Shown here in pieces: positions 39,571 through 56,038 of a DNA stretch of 64,000 nucleotides. Under the pieces are notes generated by a model. The model had not been told where the DNA came from, made no database searches, and saw nothing but the letters and a program-made list of their open reading frames with translations. The stretch comes from Eledone cirrhosa (lineage: Eukaryota). Both the position numbers and the translations under genes were made by a program. The DNA is taken from positions 322,090,001 to 322,154,000 of the forward strand of contig OZ024742.1 of assembly GCA_964016885.1 (NCBI GenBank), in the 5' to 3' direction. Each line of letters opens with the position of its first letter. Positions within the stretch are counted from its first letter, which is position 1.

Positions 39571-39758
39571 CGGTGGTTTGGCAGTATTGGTAGAGGGTCG
39601 GACGCCATGCTTTCCAGCATAGTTACGTCCCTTTACGGTCTGAGTTCAAATCCCGCCGAGGTTAACTTTGCCTTTCATCCTTACGGGGTCGATAAAATAA
39701 AGTACCAGTAATGTACTGGGTAATTTGACGGCCTTGTGCCAAAAGTAGAAACAATTAT
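39571..39758 (+). mobile_element. tRNA-derived SINE
   Basis: Full consensus; attatctgact on both sides. Confidence 0.85.
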
Positions 39759-40479
39759 CTGACTATACCACACGTCCCCTTCCTCCATGGGTTTGTACCT
39801 AACTAATTCTCATGCCAAATCGCCTGAAACCGTCCTTGGTTATACGACACAAAACTTTGTTTTAAATTATTTAGATTTAGCCAAAAACATTTCATCATAA
39901 TTTTACGTAAGAACTTTTTTTTAAAATTATGTTTCAAACACAAATTTAATAATGGGAAAGTTAGTTATACTACTAAATCTTTCAAAATTTCAGATTAGTT
40001 TCAAAATGATTTGAAAATAATTGTTTATGATTTAGGCACAAGGCTAACAACTTGAGGGGGGGGGGGGGGGTCGATTAAATCGACCCCAGTGCATTATTGG
40101 TACTTTATTTTATCGACTATGATTTGAAAATAATAGGAAATGACTTTTATTAAAATATGGCAATGAAATAATTAAAGTGTTTATATAAAATTTATCTAAA
40201 AACCATATATCATAATTTTATCTAAGAACATTTAAGTAATGTTTCAAACACCAGCTTAATAATGAGAAAGTTGCTTATATTACTAAATCCCTTCAAATTC
40301 GTGACTATTTTCAAAATTTGAAAATTAGGAAGTGTCTTCCATTAGAAATAAGGTAAGAAAAAGGTTACGGAGACAAATTGACAGAGTCGTTATAGCGTTG
40401 AATTAAATGCCTAACGATTTTCTACATATATGTATATGAGTGTATGCACCTCTCTTTACCTTCACTGTTTGTTTATATT

Positions 40480-41130
40480 CAATAACTTTCTTGTGACGCT
40501 AAACTCCGCCAGCTGCAAACTGCGCATTAACATGCGATATCTCTCTCCACAAAGTTCGATCACCAGCAGCAAGATCACAAGAACAAAGATCAAGTCCAGT
40601 CCATAAGTTGACATTGTCAAGCCATCGTTTTGGCTGCCGGCCTCTGCTTCTCCTACCAGCCAGCCTTCCTTCCAGGCATAACCTACTCACACCACGAATT
40701 GATCTTTTTATATGGCCGTATAGTTTGAGTACTCTTGACTTGACAGTTAATGTAATTGGTCTAAGTTTGGTAATGTTGTGCAACTCATTCATACAGATAC
40801 GGTTGCTGAGACGCTTGCCAGTCATAAGTCTCATGATGTGGTTCTGGAATGTAAAGAGCATCTGAAGTGACCTTGTCGTCCAGTTAACACAGTCAAGACC
40901 ATATAACACAACTGGTAGGATGTAAGTATCAAAGATATTAGCCTTCAAATGATAGGAAACTCATTTTGATGTTAGTACTTCCTCGTTCTTGTTGAAAGCT
41001 GCCCAGCCTGGAGCGATGCGATACTGCGCAGCAACCATTCCATTGTTGTTTGATGATAGTTTGTGACCGAGATATACAAACGCCGTAACTTGAGCAATTT
41101 GCTGGTTAGAGATTGCCAATCTCCAACTCA
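40480..41130 (-). pseudogene. 5'-truncated RTE LINE (end of RT plus C-terminus)
   Basis: FVYLG, RIAPGWAAF, ILPVVLYG, LYGHIKR, EGRLAGRRSRGRQPKRWLDNV, DRTLWR. Confidence 0.8.
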
Positions 41131-41795
41131 CAATCCACAACCGTAACTTAGCGGTTCATAAAATAGAGATCGATAAAATATATACTAAACTTTAAAAAAA
41201 AGGTTCTGAAGTTGATATAAATGTTGATATCAATATAAATGTTGATATAGGATTAATTCATGCCCCCCTCCCCCAATAATTATATATTTTCTCCTCAAAC
41301 TACCAAAACACACATCTATTTGTATATGCGCTACAATCTATGTACATTTTATGTAGAGATAGATGGGAGAGATAGATATAGATATAGAGAGAGCGAGAGT
41401 TTGGTGGTAATTGATATAGAGAGAAAGTTTGGGAGAGTGTGATGTATATTAGATATAGAGAAGGGGCGAGATTGACGTTTATTGAGAGAGGGATTGGAAA
41501 AGAGTTCCGTGTAGTAGATATACTGAGGGGGAGAGTTTGGTGTAAATTGATATAAATTTCTATTTATTTGCCACCAAGGCATCAAAGATTGGGACAAATA
41601 CAAAGGGGGGAGTTTACATACATTTAAAAAGACGTGTAAAAAACATATAACAAATTAAATTTAACAATCGAAGTCCTCAATAGGGAGGGGCGTTGACATG
41701 GGTCGCACACGCCCCCCCAAAAATGTGCAACCCTCCTCTTCAGGAGCACAAAGAGCGGGTGCTTCCTTCCTCTTCTCATTCTTCTCCTCTCTCAC

Positions 41796-44700
41796 CTACA
41801 GGCTGATATAGAGAGAAGGCCCATTCGCTCGGTCCATTCTCGCTACTTTCACCCACCTTTCATAAAACTTGCTGGGATAGAGCACCTCTCTCTCCATTCT
41901 GACTCTTCTTCTAAAGTGGTACTTGAAAAAAAAGACCAGTTGTTGGCCGGAGAGATAGGTGTCTGACCTCAGCCCGTTCAACCTTGTCCACCATACAACT
42001 TCTTTCGCCATAGCTATCACACAGAGGAAAACCGCCTCTCCTTCGTTTATGAAAGGGGGAGGCGGTTTGATCGTGACAATGTTCTCGGTGGTCAACCGGA
42101 TTGGTCCCACCCGCGACAGTAGTCGTTCCACATATCCCCACAGGTCAGCAACGCCCGGGCAGTGTACGAATGCGTGTGCGACGGTTTCCTCGTCACGCAC
42201 GCGTCTCGGACAGATCTTCTTCAAGGGGTCCCTACCCGGGCGCCCGTGTCTGAAGAGCTTGTCCCGAACGGGTAGAGCTCCTCGGTAACATTGCCAAGCC
42301 AGGGACTTTTGGAAGTTGTCCATCGGTACGGGCCAAACGTCCTACCGAACAGACTGGCCAGCTCATCTTCCTCCATGCCCAGAGCCTCTCCGAGAGCGTC
42401 GTCGCACTTACTGCGCACCAACCCTCTATAGAATGTTGAGGTTGAGTCTTCACTGATTGCCGGATCCGCTTGCCAGAGGGCCGTGAGCGCCTGGGCACAT
42501 TCAATGTGCCAGTCGCCCACTTTTCTGGGTCTTTGCTTGACCCAGGATTGCAGCTCGGTGAGTGAGACGAGTCTCGGAAAAGCTCGCCTCACAAACAGGG
42601 CCCACACCGGCTGACCGGTGAGGAATACCTGGAGGTGCCGTAGCCTTAATGCGTGTCTACGCATCGTCAGCCACGGCATCCCCAGACCTCCGTTCGAAGG
42701 GTGTTGACAGCAGATGGATCTTCTCACCAAAGGAGCCCGCTTCTTCCAAAGAAATCGGAAGAGCGCGCGCTCCATTTTGGCGAGTGTTTTCTCTGGGCAA
42801 GGCATGACGGTCAAGCGGTAGTAGATGACGGACGCTATATAAGCGTTCGCCACCTCCGCTCGACCTTTCAGGGATAGTTTGCACTCGGCCCACTTCTGGG
42901 AGAGTGCAGACACCTTGCCCGTGACCTCATCCCAGTTTTTCTCCACCTGGAGGTCAGGTCCGAACCAGACCCCGAGCAGCTTCACCGGTCCCTCCGTCCA
43001 GCGTCCGACGATGCCGTCGGAGGGCATCGTTTTGCCCCTCCAGGTCCCGAGTTGCAAACCGATGGACTTGTCCCGGTTCAGCTTGACTCCTGTGAACATT
43101 TCATATTCCTCCAGTAAGGTGCCGATCTGCTCGATTTCCGAGGCACACGACACCATTACTGTCACGTCATCAGCGTAGGCCGACACCGCTTTCCGCAATC
43201 CCGGTTCCAAGGGGATGCCCTGCAACAGCTCCAGCTTCCACAGTAGTGGCTCGAGGGCCAGCACATACAGGAGGGACGAGAGAGGGCATCCCTGTCGGAT
43301 GGATCGCGTGATTTGGAACGGCTCCGAGAGGTAGCCGTTCACCTTGACCCTCGAGCAGGTGTTGCTGCTGTGCATTGCAGCAATCCAGCTCCTGAAAACG
43401 GGTCCGAAGCCTGCCGCCGCGAGCACCTCATCCAGGTACCGATGGTCAACCCTATCGAACGCCTTAGATTGATCCAAGTTGATCAGGGCCCCACCAAAGC
43501 CGAGTTCGTTCCCTACCCTCTCTACGATGTATCGCATGAGGTGGAGGTTGTCGTGTATGGACCTGGACGGGATTGCGCATGTCTGCGCTTCTCCCACCAG
43601 GTTCCCGACGACAAACGCCAACCTCTTCGCTAACACCTTGGCCAAAATCTTTAACTCTGTGTTTAGCGGAGTTATGGGCCTGAAGTTATCTATGTCATCC
43701 CCCTTGTTCTCGTCCTTCCTCACCAGCGTGACTACTCCCTTGGTCACAGAACTGGGAATTCTCCCGTTCTGTTGCCAGTTGCAGTAGAGCGCCTCGAGGA
43801 GACTGGAGTACAAGCCCGGCATCGCTACATAAAGTTCGTATGGTAGACCATCGAGACCCGGAGATTTGCGTTTGCCGCATTGGTTCAGCGCTTTCCCTAT
43901 TTCAGCTGCTGAAATCGGCCTCTCGCAGGACTTCGCTTCCCCGTCCGAGAGCCGCGCCAGAGCGTCGAGGTATGGACCGAAATCCATGGCCCCACCCGGC
44001 CCGCCGCCCCTCCCGAACAGTCGTGCAAAGCGCCGTTGAAAGGCCGCGCTCATCCGCTCAGGTTCAAGGATCACGCGTCCATCCTGGTCTTTCAAAGACC
44101 GAATCGTGGACTTGTTTCCACTTTTTGCCTCTGTCACTCGGGCCCAGCTAACAGCTTTGGCTCCCTCGTTACCCAGAGCACGTATTTTACTCCTGACAAC
44201 GCAACCCTCGTGCTTCGCATCAAAGAACTGGTCTAGAGCCGTTCTTGACGCCAGCACGCCAGCCACGTTGCCACTCCTAATCGCCTCTTCTACTCTATTT
44301 ATTAATTCCCTTTCAGTTCTATTCCTATCTGATGCTAATTCCCGACTAAAACCTATCGATTCTATTCTAATTTCTCTCTTGAGAGAGCCCCACCACCTGC
44401 TGTTGACAATTGTCCCTGTCAAACGCTGCTTAACTAGTGTGCTAATCCGCTTACTGTAAGCTTTGTTTGTCGGTAAAGACAAGTTTAGCTTCCAGTAACC
44501 GGGTCCCTGTCTATGAGTTCTATCAAGGTTGACCACTCCGGTCACCAACTTGTGATCCGAATAGTCAACCATGAACATTCGTGGACAGCTTAATATGTCC
44601 CTATCCTTATTTCTAACTAAGAACCTATCTAGGTACGACCTAGATGTTCCGCTGCGATTAGTCCACGTCCACAGTGGCACAGTCGGAAAAATCTAGTCGA

Positions 44701-45223
44701 TATCTATCGGCCAGATCAAATCGGCCGATTAATCGTTTTAGGCTGTTACACCCCCCTCTATCGGGACATGCCCCTACATAGTCCCAACGTGCATCCAGGA
44801 TACCATTCCAGTCCCCCACTAAAAGAGACGTTCCCAGGAGATTCTCCAGGCGTCGGAAGAAGTCCGGTCGCGGTGTCCCAGATAGGGTATACGCTGCCAC
44901 CAGCCTGAAAGCTCCACCTTCACCACTGCCGACGTCTAAAACCACCAGTCGACCCTGCGGGTCCAGGTGTACCTTCTGTGTGGCAAGACCCAGGTATTTT
45001 CGCAGCAGAACGACAACCCCACCCCCACCCCTCGGCTGACAAAGATATGCGTAGATCTCAAAGTCGTTGAAGATGGGGGCCAGTTGGCGCTCGCTGCTGA
45101 TCCTGGACTCGCAAATAACCATTACATCCACTCTGTGCGACCTGAGGTCATTTAAGTGTTTGCCCTGTTTCCAGGACATCCCAGGCTGCGTGCATTCACA
45201 CATCCAACTCTTATATTGGCCAT
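41796..45223 (-). pseudogene. LINE ORF2 (APE-RT-zf), frameshifts near 45180, 44670 and 42325
   Basis: MANIRVGCVNAR, GDWN, YSDH, LDQSKAFD, QGCPLS, YADD, split over several ORFs. Confidence 0.92.
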
Positions 45224-45239
45224 GTTGGTGCTGAAGAGT

Positions 45240-47089
45240 TAAAAGGAAGAGGAAAGGAAATTACTTACCACTTCGTCTCCTGGGGACCAGGCTGCACAAT
45301 TTTCATGGGGGTGTTGGAAGGGTTGTTTGGTGGGGTGGTGGTTTGTGGTGGGGTGAGGACATCAGTGTGTGTGGTGGGATTCGGGTGTTTGGTGGGGTGT
45401 GGGTGTCTGGTGTGGGGGTGGGGAAACATCTCAATAGGGTGTTGTTAAGTGGTTTGGTGCAGTTGGTCCCCACATGCATTGGATGGTTCTTTTTCAAAGT
45501 TACATAGGTTTCCGTTGGGACCCTAATCATCATTAGGTGCGGTTTATTCGCTGCGTAGGTGAAAGTGATCCCTTCGGTTTTCGCCGAAGGGTTATTTTCT
45601 ATTTCTTTCATCAAAGTTTTATTGTTCTTGTTAATATATGTATAGAGTTTTTGTTGTGTTGTGTTTGTTTTTGTTTGTTGTTCTTGTGCGTGTTTGCGTT
45701 TTGTAGTATGTGTTATGTTTTTTTGGGGTAGGGTTTTTTTGTTTGTGATGTTTGTTTTGTTTGTGCTGGTGGTTGTGTGTTTGTAGCATTTTTGTTAATG
45801 TGGTGCTTTTTTTTTCCTTTTCACCTGTTGAAAGAGTTCTCCCTCGTCGTCACTGGGTGACGTTGATACGGAGTCCTCTTCCGTGTTGTTGGGGAGGGGT
45901 ATATTTTGGGGTTTTGTTGTGGTTGCTTTTGTATTTGTTTTAGGTGGGGAGGTGTTGGGTGGAACAGTGTTTTGTGTTGTTATTTTTCCGTGTTGTTGTG
46001 GTTGTTGTTGTTGTTGTTGTGGTGGTGGTGGTGGTGGTGGTGGTGGTGGTGGCTGTGTTTTTGTGTTCGAGGTTGGCAGAAGAGCCTTTTTTTTACTCGT
46101 TAATTGAGAACAGGCAGCCCTCAGGTGACCCCTGCTTAAGCAGTGGTAACATGACGGCCGCCTTCCCTCCACTGAAATGTTTATATAAGTTAACCCGTCC
46201 AGAGGCACGTGTTGTGGGATATTCGCTATTCGTTCTGGGCTCATTTGCACCAGAACTTCTACGCTGGTCCCACCAAATACACCTCCGGAGGACTTTCCTA
46301 TTGAAATTATCCTGTCTTCATCAAAGTCAATGATTCCACATAGTATCCACCAAATATTTACATTTGGTGTGATACTCATAATTTGTATTCTTTGTGTCCT
46401 TTTTCCCCTGTATGTGGGGAAAAGGGTGAAGCGGGGGGACACAATGGGTGATACCGAGTATTTTTGTGCTGTTGACTGGTTATTCATTAGCACCGAAATG
46501 CTACCAAACAGTTTTCCTTTTTGTATGAAGGTTATGTCCTTCATTGCATCTTTTAGAACCAGCTCAATTTCATTTTGTGATAATTGAGCTGGTTTTCTTG
46601 TTTCGTTGGATATTGTCCTGAAAACCACAGTTTTCAGGACAGTCTCTCTACGTAATTCCTGTGGAGAATTGATGCTAAAAGCACCGTTTTCGCCAAAAGT
46701 CACGAATTGTTTTGCGTCTTGTAGTAGTTGTTTAGCATTTGTTATGTCAATTGGCGTGTATAGTTCGTTTTTTTTACAGTCTGTGCGAACGTTGTTTTGG
46801 TGTTGTTGTCTTTTTTGTTGCTGTTGCTGTTGTCACTGTTGGTAATATTGTTCATGTTTTCCTTGGTGTTGCTATTGTTGCAGTTGTTGGTTGTGGTGTT
46901 ATTGTCATTGTTCTTGTTGTTGGTGCTGGTATTATTTACCGGGTTTGGTTTCGTGGTTTCAATATTTTCAACGTTTTTCGATAATGCGAGGGGGGAAGGC
47001 TGCAAGCTTTGTACTCCTACCTTCCCTCCACCACTTTTCTTAGTGAACGTGGCACTCACGACAGTGTGCGAGGTTGAAATGGCATCCAT
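45240..47089 (-). pseudogene. LINE ORF1 (CCHC), disrupted
   Basis: CYHCLSRGHLRAAC, YINISVEGRRPSC shared with copy 1; split into 3 ORFs. Confidence 0.85.
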
Positions 47090-47294
47090 TGCTGACTACC
47101 AAGTCTACACAGGTTTGAGATGAAAATGAAAATTTCGCCCCAGAAAGGGGCGAAAATTAGTTGACTCAACGTCTGAAGGCCCAGGCAAGGGGTTAAAATA
47201 AACAATGCTATTAAATTGAGCAATGAACTCACAGTTTTTTTTTACAATAATCCGTAAAAGTCCGGAGCGAAGTAATTCACGTCTATATCAAGTG

Positions 47295-47590
47295 GTAATA
47301 GATATAGAGAGGGTGAGAGTTTGGTATTAATTGATATAGAGAGGGGGTATTGGAAGAGAGTTCCGTGTAGTAGATATAGAGAGGGTGAGAGTTTGGTATT
47401 AATTGATATAGAGAGGGGCTATTGGAAGAGAGTTCCGTGTAGTAGATATAGAGAGATTGAGAGTTTGCTATTAATTGATATAGAGAGGCGGTATAGGAAG
47501 AGAGTTCCGTGTAGTAGATATAGAGAGGGTAAGAGTTTGGTATTAATTGATATACAGAGGGGGTATTGGAAGAGAGTTCCGTGTAGTAGT
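47295..47590. repeat. 72-bp minisatellite, about 4 copies (diverged units also at 41370-41555)
   Basis: Unit gatatagagagggtgagagtttggtattaattgatatagagagggggtattggaagagagttccgtgtagta. Confidence 0.9.
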
Positions 47591-48056
47591 ATGTGTTTTG
47601 GTAGTTTCTCCCCAAACTACCAAAATACATCTATTTGAATGTTTTTAATATGATCTGAATTTCAAAGGCGTGTAGAATATATCATTTACGCATTCATTTA
47701 AGTATTAGGACAATGGGATTGATGAGTTATCGCTACACTTTGTGTGCATGTTATGTTTGTCGCATATCGAAGTTTTCTGATAATTTTAGAGTGTAAAAAG
47801 CTAAACTAATCACTACAACTAAATTGACCAAATCGCCCCCCCCCCCCCCCTCCTTCTGAAATGCATCGACCCACCGCCTCCTTTATATATATATTATACA
47901 CATATATTCCCAATGTCCCAGGAGATTTAGGTAATATGTGTATATATATATGTGTGTGTGTGTGTGTCTGTGTGTCTGTGTGTGTGTGTCTGTCTGTCTA
48001 TGTCTCACTCTCTCTCTCTCTCTCTCTCTGTATATATATATATATATATATATGTG

Positions 48057-48097
<41 letters not shown>

Positions 48098-48139
48098 TAT
48101 ATATAATATATATATATATAATATATATATATATAATAT

Positions 48140-48196
<57 letters not shown>

Positions 48197-48201
48197 AATA
48201 T

Positions 48202-48275
<74 letters not shown>

Positions 48276-48283
48276 TATATATA

Positions 48284-48900
48284 TAACGAAGGAAATGTGG
48301 TAAGGAACCAGGTGGACCATAACGCACCAAAGTACTCAATACTTGAGGTAGTAGAGTGGGTAATAGGAACCAGTAAGACCCCGACAGCTGAGCTCAAGCT
48401 GTTTCGACGGCTAATTCTGGACTAAATGAAAATTTATCCTGGTATTTAAATAGCCGATCTTCTCAAGGGGTAATTCCATATATGGTCAAATTGATTGTCA
48501 AAAATCAGTAGTAATTCTGTGGTTGCAAATTAGTAGGGGAGATGGTGGCTAAACCTGCCAGTAGGAGAAAGAGGGGAGGGGGTGGAGTAGACCCAATCAA
48601 GCGTTGGTAGTGCCAGCTACAGCTGGGCATGAGGTCAAAGAAGATACAGGGGAGGGGGAGGGGGAGGAAGTCGGAACGGTAGGTAGAACAATGGGGGGTA
48701 GAAATAGGAAAGAAAAAGTACTGAGAGTGAAGAAAAGCAAATAAGTGTAAAGAAAAAAGTAAAGTAAATTAAATTCTACGACCTAGGTCTCAGGCTATAT
48801 ATATATATATTATATATATAGCCTGAGACCTAGGTCGTAGAATTTAATTTACTTTACTTTTTTCTTTACACTTATTTGCTTTTCTTCACTCTCAGTACTT
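48284..48900 (-). mobile_element. Family A copy with HHR (48378-48471) and fold-back across a TA tract
   Basis: Near-identical to 4015-4540; 48716-48800 is inverted at 48818-48900. Confidence 0.85.
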
Positions 48901-48919
48901 TATATATATTATATATATA

Positions 48920-50580
<1,661 letters not shown>

Positions 50581-51330
50581 ACCCAAACACATTGCCCTCC
50601 ATTTCTCTTGTAAAACACAACAGATTTTGTCGGTGATGAAACATAGTTAGACTAACGATTCATTTCCGGTGACATGATACCGTTGGTAAAGTGACAGCTG
50701 ACACCTTTATTAATCAACTCTGTGGGATATTGAAAGATAAGTAAGGTTTGATTTATACGACCGAGAAAGGCCTAACCATATAAATGTGGGCGTACCTGCG
50801 TAGTTAAAGAGTTCTTTTCATAACTACGTGGTTTTGTGTTCCTTCCCTCAGCGTGGTGACACCGTGATGGTATTTTCTACTATACCCTTGTCTTAATCAA
50901 TGCCTTGTAGGTGAAGTTTGATCAACGGAAACTACAGAAGCTCCTTGTTCCACTCCTCCCCCATAAATACTTTCTTCCCCTTTGCCTATTCCAATTCTAT
51001 TTCCACCTCCACCCCCAAATATTGTACTTACTCTACTTTTCGATCTATCTTTTTCTCAAACTGAATGCTGTCTTCTCTCTAAAAGTTTCCTTTTCATATC
51101 CCTCACCGCTTGTGCTGATGAGTATTACACTCGCATGGAAATTGAACGGTTCCTACGATGGCCGAATTATGTGCTTTCTTCCCTGAACGATTCCCAGATT
51201 GATTCTAGCAGCTAAGAGGGCTTCTCCAAACTCGTCCGTAAACCATTTCATTAGATACCGAGCCCTGGATAAATTGCCAATCTATACCGTTATTACCAAT
51301 CTATACCGCCTCGTGGCTAATCATTTCAAC

Positions 51331-52015
51331 TTCCCCCAAACTCCCTCGCCATCTCAACATATCTACAGCTCCCCCAAACTCTCTCGCCATCTCAACATAT
51401 CTACAGCTCCCCCAAACTCTCTCGCCATCTCAACATATCTACAGCTCCCCCAAACTCTCTCGCCATCTCAACATATCTACAGCTCCCCCAAACTCCCTCG
51501 CCATCTCAACATATCTACAGCTCCCCCAAACTCCCTCGCCATCTCAACATATCTACAGCTCCCCCAAACTCTCTCGCCATCTCAACATATCTACAGCTCC
51601 CCCAAACTCTCTCGCCATCTCAACATATCTACAGCTCCCCCAAACTCTCTCGCCATCTCAACATATCTACAGCTCCCCCAAACTCTCTCGCCATCTCAAC
51701 ATATCTACAGCTCCCCCAAACTCTCTCGCCATCTCAACATATCTACAGCTCCCCCAAACTCTCTCGCCATCTCAACATATCTACAGCTCCCCCAAACTCC
51801 CTCGCCATCTCAACATATCTACAGCTCCCCCAAACTCTCTCGCCATCTCAATATATCTACAGCTCCCCCAAACTCTCTCGCCATCTCAACATATCTACAG
51901 CTCCCCCAAACTCCCTCGCCATCTCAACATATCTACAGCTCCCCCAAACTCTCTCGCCATCTCAACATATCTACAGCTCCCCCAAACTCTCTCGCCATCT
52001 CAACATATCTACAGC
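51331..52015. repeat. 38-bp minisatellite, about 18 copies
   Basis: Unit ctcccccaaactc(t/c)ctcgccatctcaacatatctacag, no spacers. Confidence 0.95.
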
Positions 52016-52115
52016 TGAACACTCTGCACTCCGACAACTCCGTCGTCGGGATGACATGACAGTCTGATCAAACTGGCTGATATTGATGACACGAATGTTG
52101 TGGGACGGACCGCCA

Positions 52116-52300
52116 TAATAATTGTTTCTATTTTTGGCACAAGGCCAGCAATTATCCCAGTGCATTACTGGCACTTTATTTTATCGACCCCGTAAGGATG
52201 AAAAGCAAAGTTAGCCCCAGCTGGATTTGAACTCAGAATGGCAAGGGCCGTAACTCTATGCGTCAAAGCATGGTGTCCGATCCTCTACCGATACTGCCAA
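52116..52300 (-). mobile_element. tRNA-derived SINE
   Basis: Reverse complement of the consensus; accgccataataat on both sides. Confidence 0.8.
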
Positions 52301-53524
52301 CCGCCATAATAATATAATTTCGTTATGAAATTATTCTTTCTTTTACTTACCACTGCCATTTGACATCACCCCACATACCAACATCAGGTATCTACCACTA
52401 TACACGAGCTCATCACCTCCCACTCCTCTTCTGACACCAACCTCATAAGCAGTTCCCAGTGGTGGCAGTAGCGGCGTCGGAGGCGGTGGTGGTGGTTGTT
52501 TTTGTTTGAACCCAAGGTCAGCTTTTCCTGTTGAAGTTGCTAAATGTTAAAATAAATTAAAATTAAAAAATTAAAAAATTACAAAAAAATATATATATAT
52601 ATATATATAAAAACCTGGTGCACTCTTCTCAATTCAAAGACCACACCACACCAGTTATAACCAGTTTAGCAATTAATAATGACGCCCCTCCTGTGCCACC
52701 GCGAGACATACAAACAACACACAAAGAAGATCTTTCAAACAAGAGACATTATTGCTACCTATCCCAGAACATTTAACTGCAGTATAAACACATTATTAGT
52801 TCTACTTAATGTAGCAAAACTAACTTGACATTTTCTTTTTATCATATTATATTATTGGTGTCATTGAGTAGAGAGTGGCCAAGCAGGAGCAACTTCTCCA
52901 TCGAAATAAATAACCCGAGTACTTATTGATTTCAATACGACACTTAGATTTTTATCTATTTCTGTTTAACGAATGGTTAGGTTACTTTTTGACATAAAGG
53001 AACGAAACTCAATGCATCGTCCTACAACCAACGGTATATTCCAAAACATACACAGACAACATATACGGACATACACGTCTATATACGCGCGCGTGTGTGT
53101 GTGTGTGTGTGTGCGTGGGCGTGCGTGTGTTTGTGTGTGTGTGTGTGTGTGTGCATGTGTGTGTGTGTGCATATGTTTGTGTGTGTGTGTGTGTATGCAT
53201 ATGTTTGTGTGTGTATGTATGTGCATGTGTTTGTGTGTGTGTGTGTAAGAAACAATATGTAATAAAATCTATTAGTGGATACTATCTTATTTGTCCATGT
53301 TGTTTTGTTTTCATTCTTTATGTTTTTCCATATAAAATATTTTGTAACCTATATAAGTGTATATGTGTGTGTGCTTTTATATAGATGCGTCTGTGTGAGT
53401 TAAATTTGCTAAGTTCTTTTGTTATCTTGACAATTTAACCTGCTTCATACGCATTGTGTTGGTCTTCAACACTTAAATTTGTGTTTCATATTAAACAATG
53501 CTTCAAGCAAGCTACAAAACTCTG

Positions 53525-53626
<102 letters not shown>

Positions 53627-53751
53627 AAAATATATATATATATATTCACACAGACATATATATATGTGTATGTATGTATGTATAAAATTTATATATATAT
53701 ATGTATGTATGTATGTATATATATATGCATGTGTGTGTGTGTGTGTGTGTG

Positions 53752-53811
<60 letters not shown>

Positions 53812-54459
53812 TATATATATATATTATATTTAGAGCATACACTCAAAGAGTCATTTACAATTAATTAGCTCAAAGAAAGAAGCATTTCCGAGCCGTGCAA
53901 TACAAGTTAATATAAATTAATATATGATAAACACCTAAGTGTTTGTATTGTAAAAGACAAAAGTTAGCTAGAATGAAACAAACTAATTCAAATAAATATA
54001 GCCTGCCTGTATCGATTTAAAAAATAATAAATCAATATCACAAACTCATATTGGCAAATAGCCGTGGTACCTAGACAAATTTAAATTTCAAAATTCAAAC
54101 CTTTTCCGCAGATCAATCTGAACCTCAAAATCCAAACATGTTTCGCAAACGATGGAATAAAAGTGAAATAATCAATTTTCTGTGCTTATCAATAGGTACC
54201 CAGAAAAATTAGGTTACTTCACCTCGAAAAAATTTTGAAGGTCTGGTTTACGAGCATAAACGCACGAGGTTTTGCACTCGGTTCTTCCAGCTCACTAGCT
54301 ATCTCATACTCATGGCGCTAGAAATAACAGCCGTTTATATGGGATTAAAGATTAGCTCAACCGAGGGAGCAGTAATATATTATATTTAGAGTATACACTC
54401 AAAGAGTCATTTACAATACAAACACTTAGGTGTTTATCATATATTAATTTATATTAACT

Positions 54460-54518
<59 letters not shown>

Positions 54519-54520
54519 AA

Positions 54521-54636
<116 letters not shown>

Positions 54637-54699
54637 GTGTGTGTAAATATATATCTACTATATAAATTGGAAGTGGTCGGACGTTGTATATTTAAGTAA

Positions 54700-55205
54700 G
54701 TAAGTGTAGTCGGATAAACGTCGAAACGGATTGGTGGAATGCAGCGAAAATTTACACAGTTATGCAGAATGACCCGAGGAGGCGTTGGGTCGACTTTTAG
54801 GGTACAAGCTTCCATGGTTACGGAAAAAATCGATGAAACAGGAATTTCCCATTCAAATTGAACTGAGAGTAATCTGTGAACGCAGAAGTAAATATTTCGA
54901 GAAACGTTCCAACCGAACGAAAACAGGAAGACGATATTTTGGTTCGTGAAGACGTTCCCTGGCAATGAACGGAAAAAAGCGAGGATAATACGTTGTTATG
55001 TGGAGCGAGAAGAACAATTTCATGCAAAGACAAGACCAAGTTTATGGTATAAATGGAGTCGTTAGACTAATATTCTATTTAACATAACAGAATGATTTCC
55101 AGCCCCGGAGTTTAAGAATGATGTAAATAAAATTGAAAACGAAAATCACAGAGGTTATTAAAATAGTAAAAGTAAATAGTGAAGATTTAGGCCAGTACAT
55201 ACGTA
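54700..55205 (+). pseudogene. Degraded mariner-like transposase fragment
   Basis: Frameshifted PFKL/TESNL.RR...RNE...PGNE resembles WVPHELTE.N..RR...RN...TGDE; a 30-nt piece recurs at about 2293. Confidence 0.4.
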
Positions 55206-55303
55206 TGCGCCGACCGACATACACATACATACGCACACACAAATACATACCCCCCCCCCCCCACACACATGCACACAAACACACACACACACACACACAC
55301 ACA

Positions 55304-55371
<68 letters not shown>

Positions 55372-55374
55372 CGC

Positions 55375-55815
55375 GCGCGTGTATAAACCTTATGCATTTC
55401 TACAGTATTTTCACCAAACTTAAGACATAGGTTACTTATGTACTCCGGATGGTCATGGGCCCTTTCATTTTTCCAGATATTGATTATAGGGCCTCCCGGC
55501 AGATAACCCCCATTAACCCCTTCCTTGGAGTCGACTGAAGCACTGCAGTGCAATGCAACAAAACGTCATAACTTCTGGAGTTCGCAACCGATTTTCCCAA
55601 AACTTGACACATGGGCTACGTTTGTTCTACAGATGAATGTGAACTCTCAGAATTGGCACATATTGAGTAGGGGACCCCTGGGGGCAGGAACCCTCTTTTG
55701 AGAAAAGCCGATGATTTTGTAAAAGTATAGTTTTCGAAGTAGCACTGAAGTATTGACATAAATGGTATACACAACTGCTATTTAATACCCGAGCAACGCC
55801 GGGTACCTCTGCTAG
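55375..55815 (+). mobile_element. Non-autonomous Helitron-like element
   Basis: 3' hairpin cccgagcaacgccggg then CTAG followed by T. Confidence 0.55.
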
Positions 55816-55880
<65 letters not shown>

Positions 55881-55881
55881 G

Positions 55882-55912
<31 letters not shown>

Positions 55913-55988
55913 ATGTGTAAATATATATATATAAATATATATATATGTATGTATGTATATATTTATATATATGTATATTCACGCAGAC

Positions 55989-56038
<50 letters not shown>

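Larger units (their letters stand above)
41556..47284 (-). mobile_element. Near full-length Tx1/L1-clade LINE, copy 2
   Basis: Colinear homologue of copy 1 with both UTRs; inserted in a 72-bp satellite. Confidence 0.92.

Noticed and set aside
51199-52059. 286-aa repetitive ORF, or CRISPR-like array
   Set aside because: Head-to-tail 38-bp units without spacers; the ORF cycles through the three frames of the unit; no cas genes.
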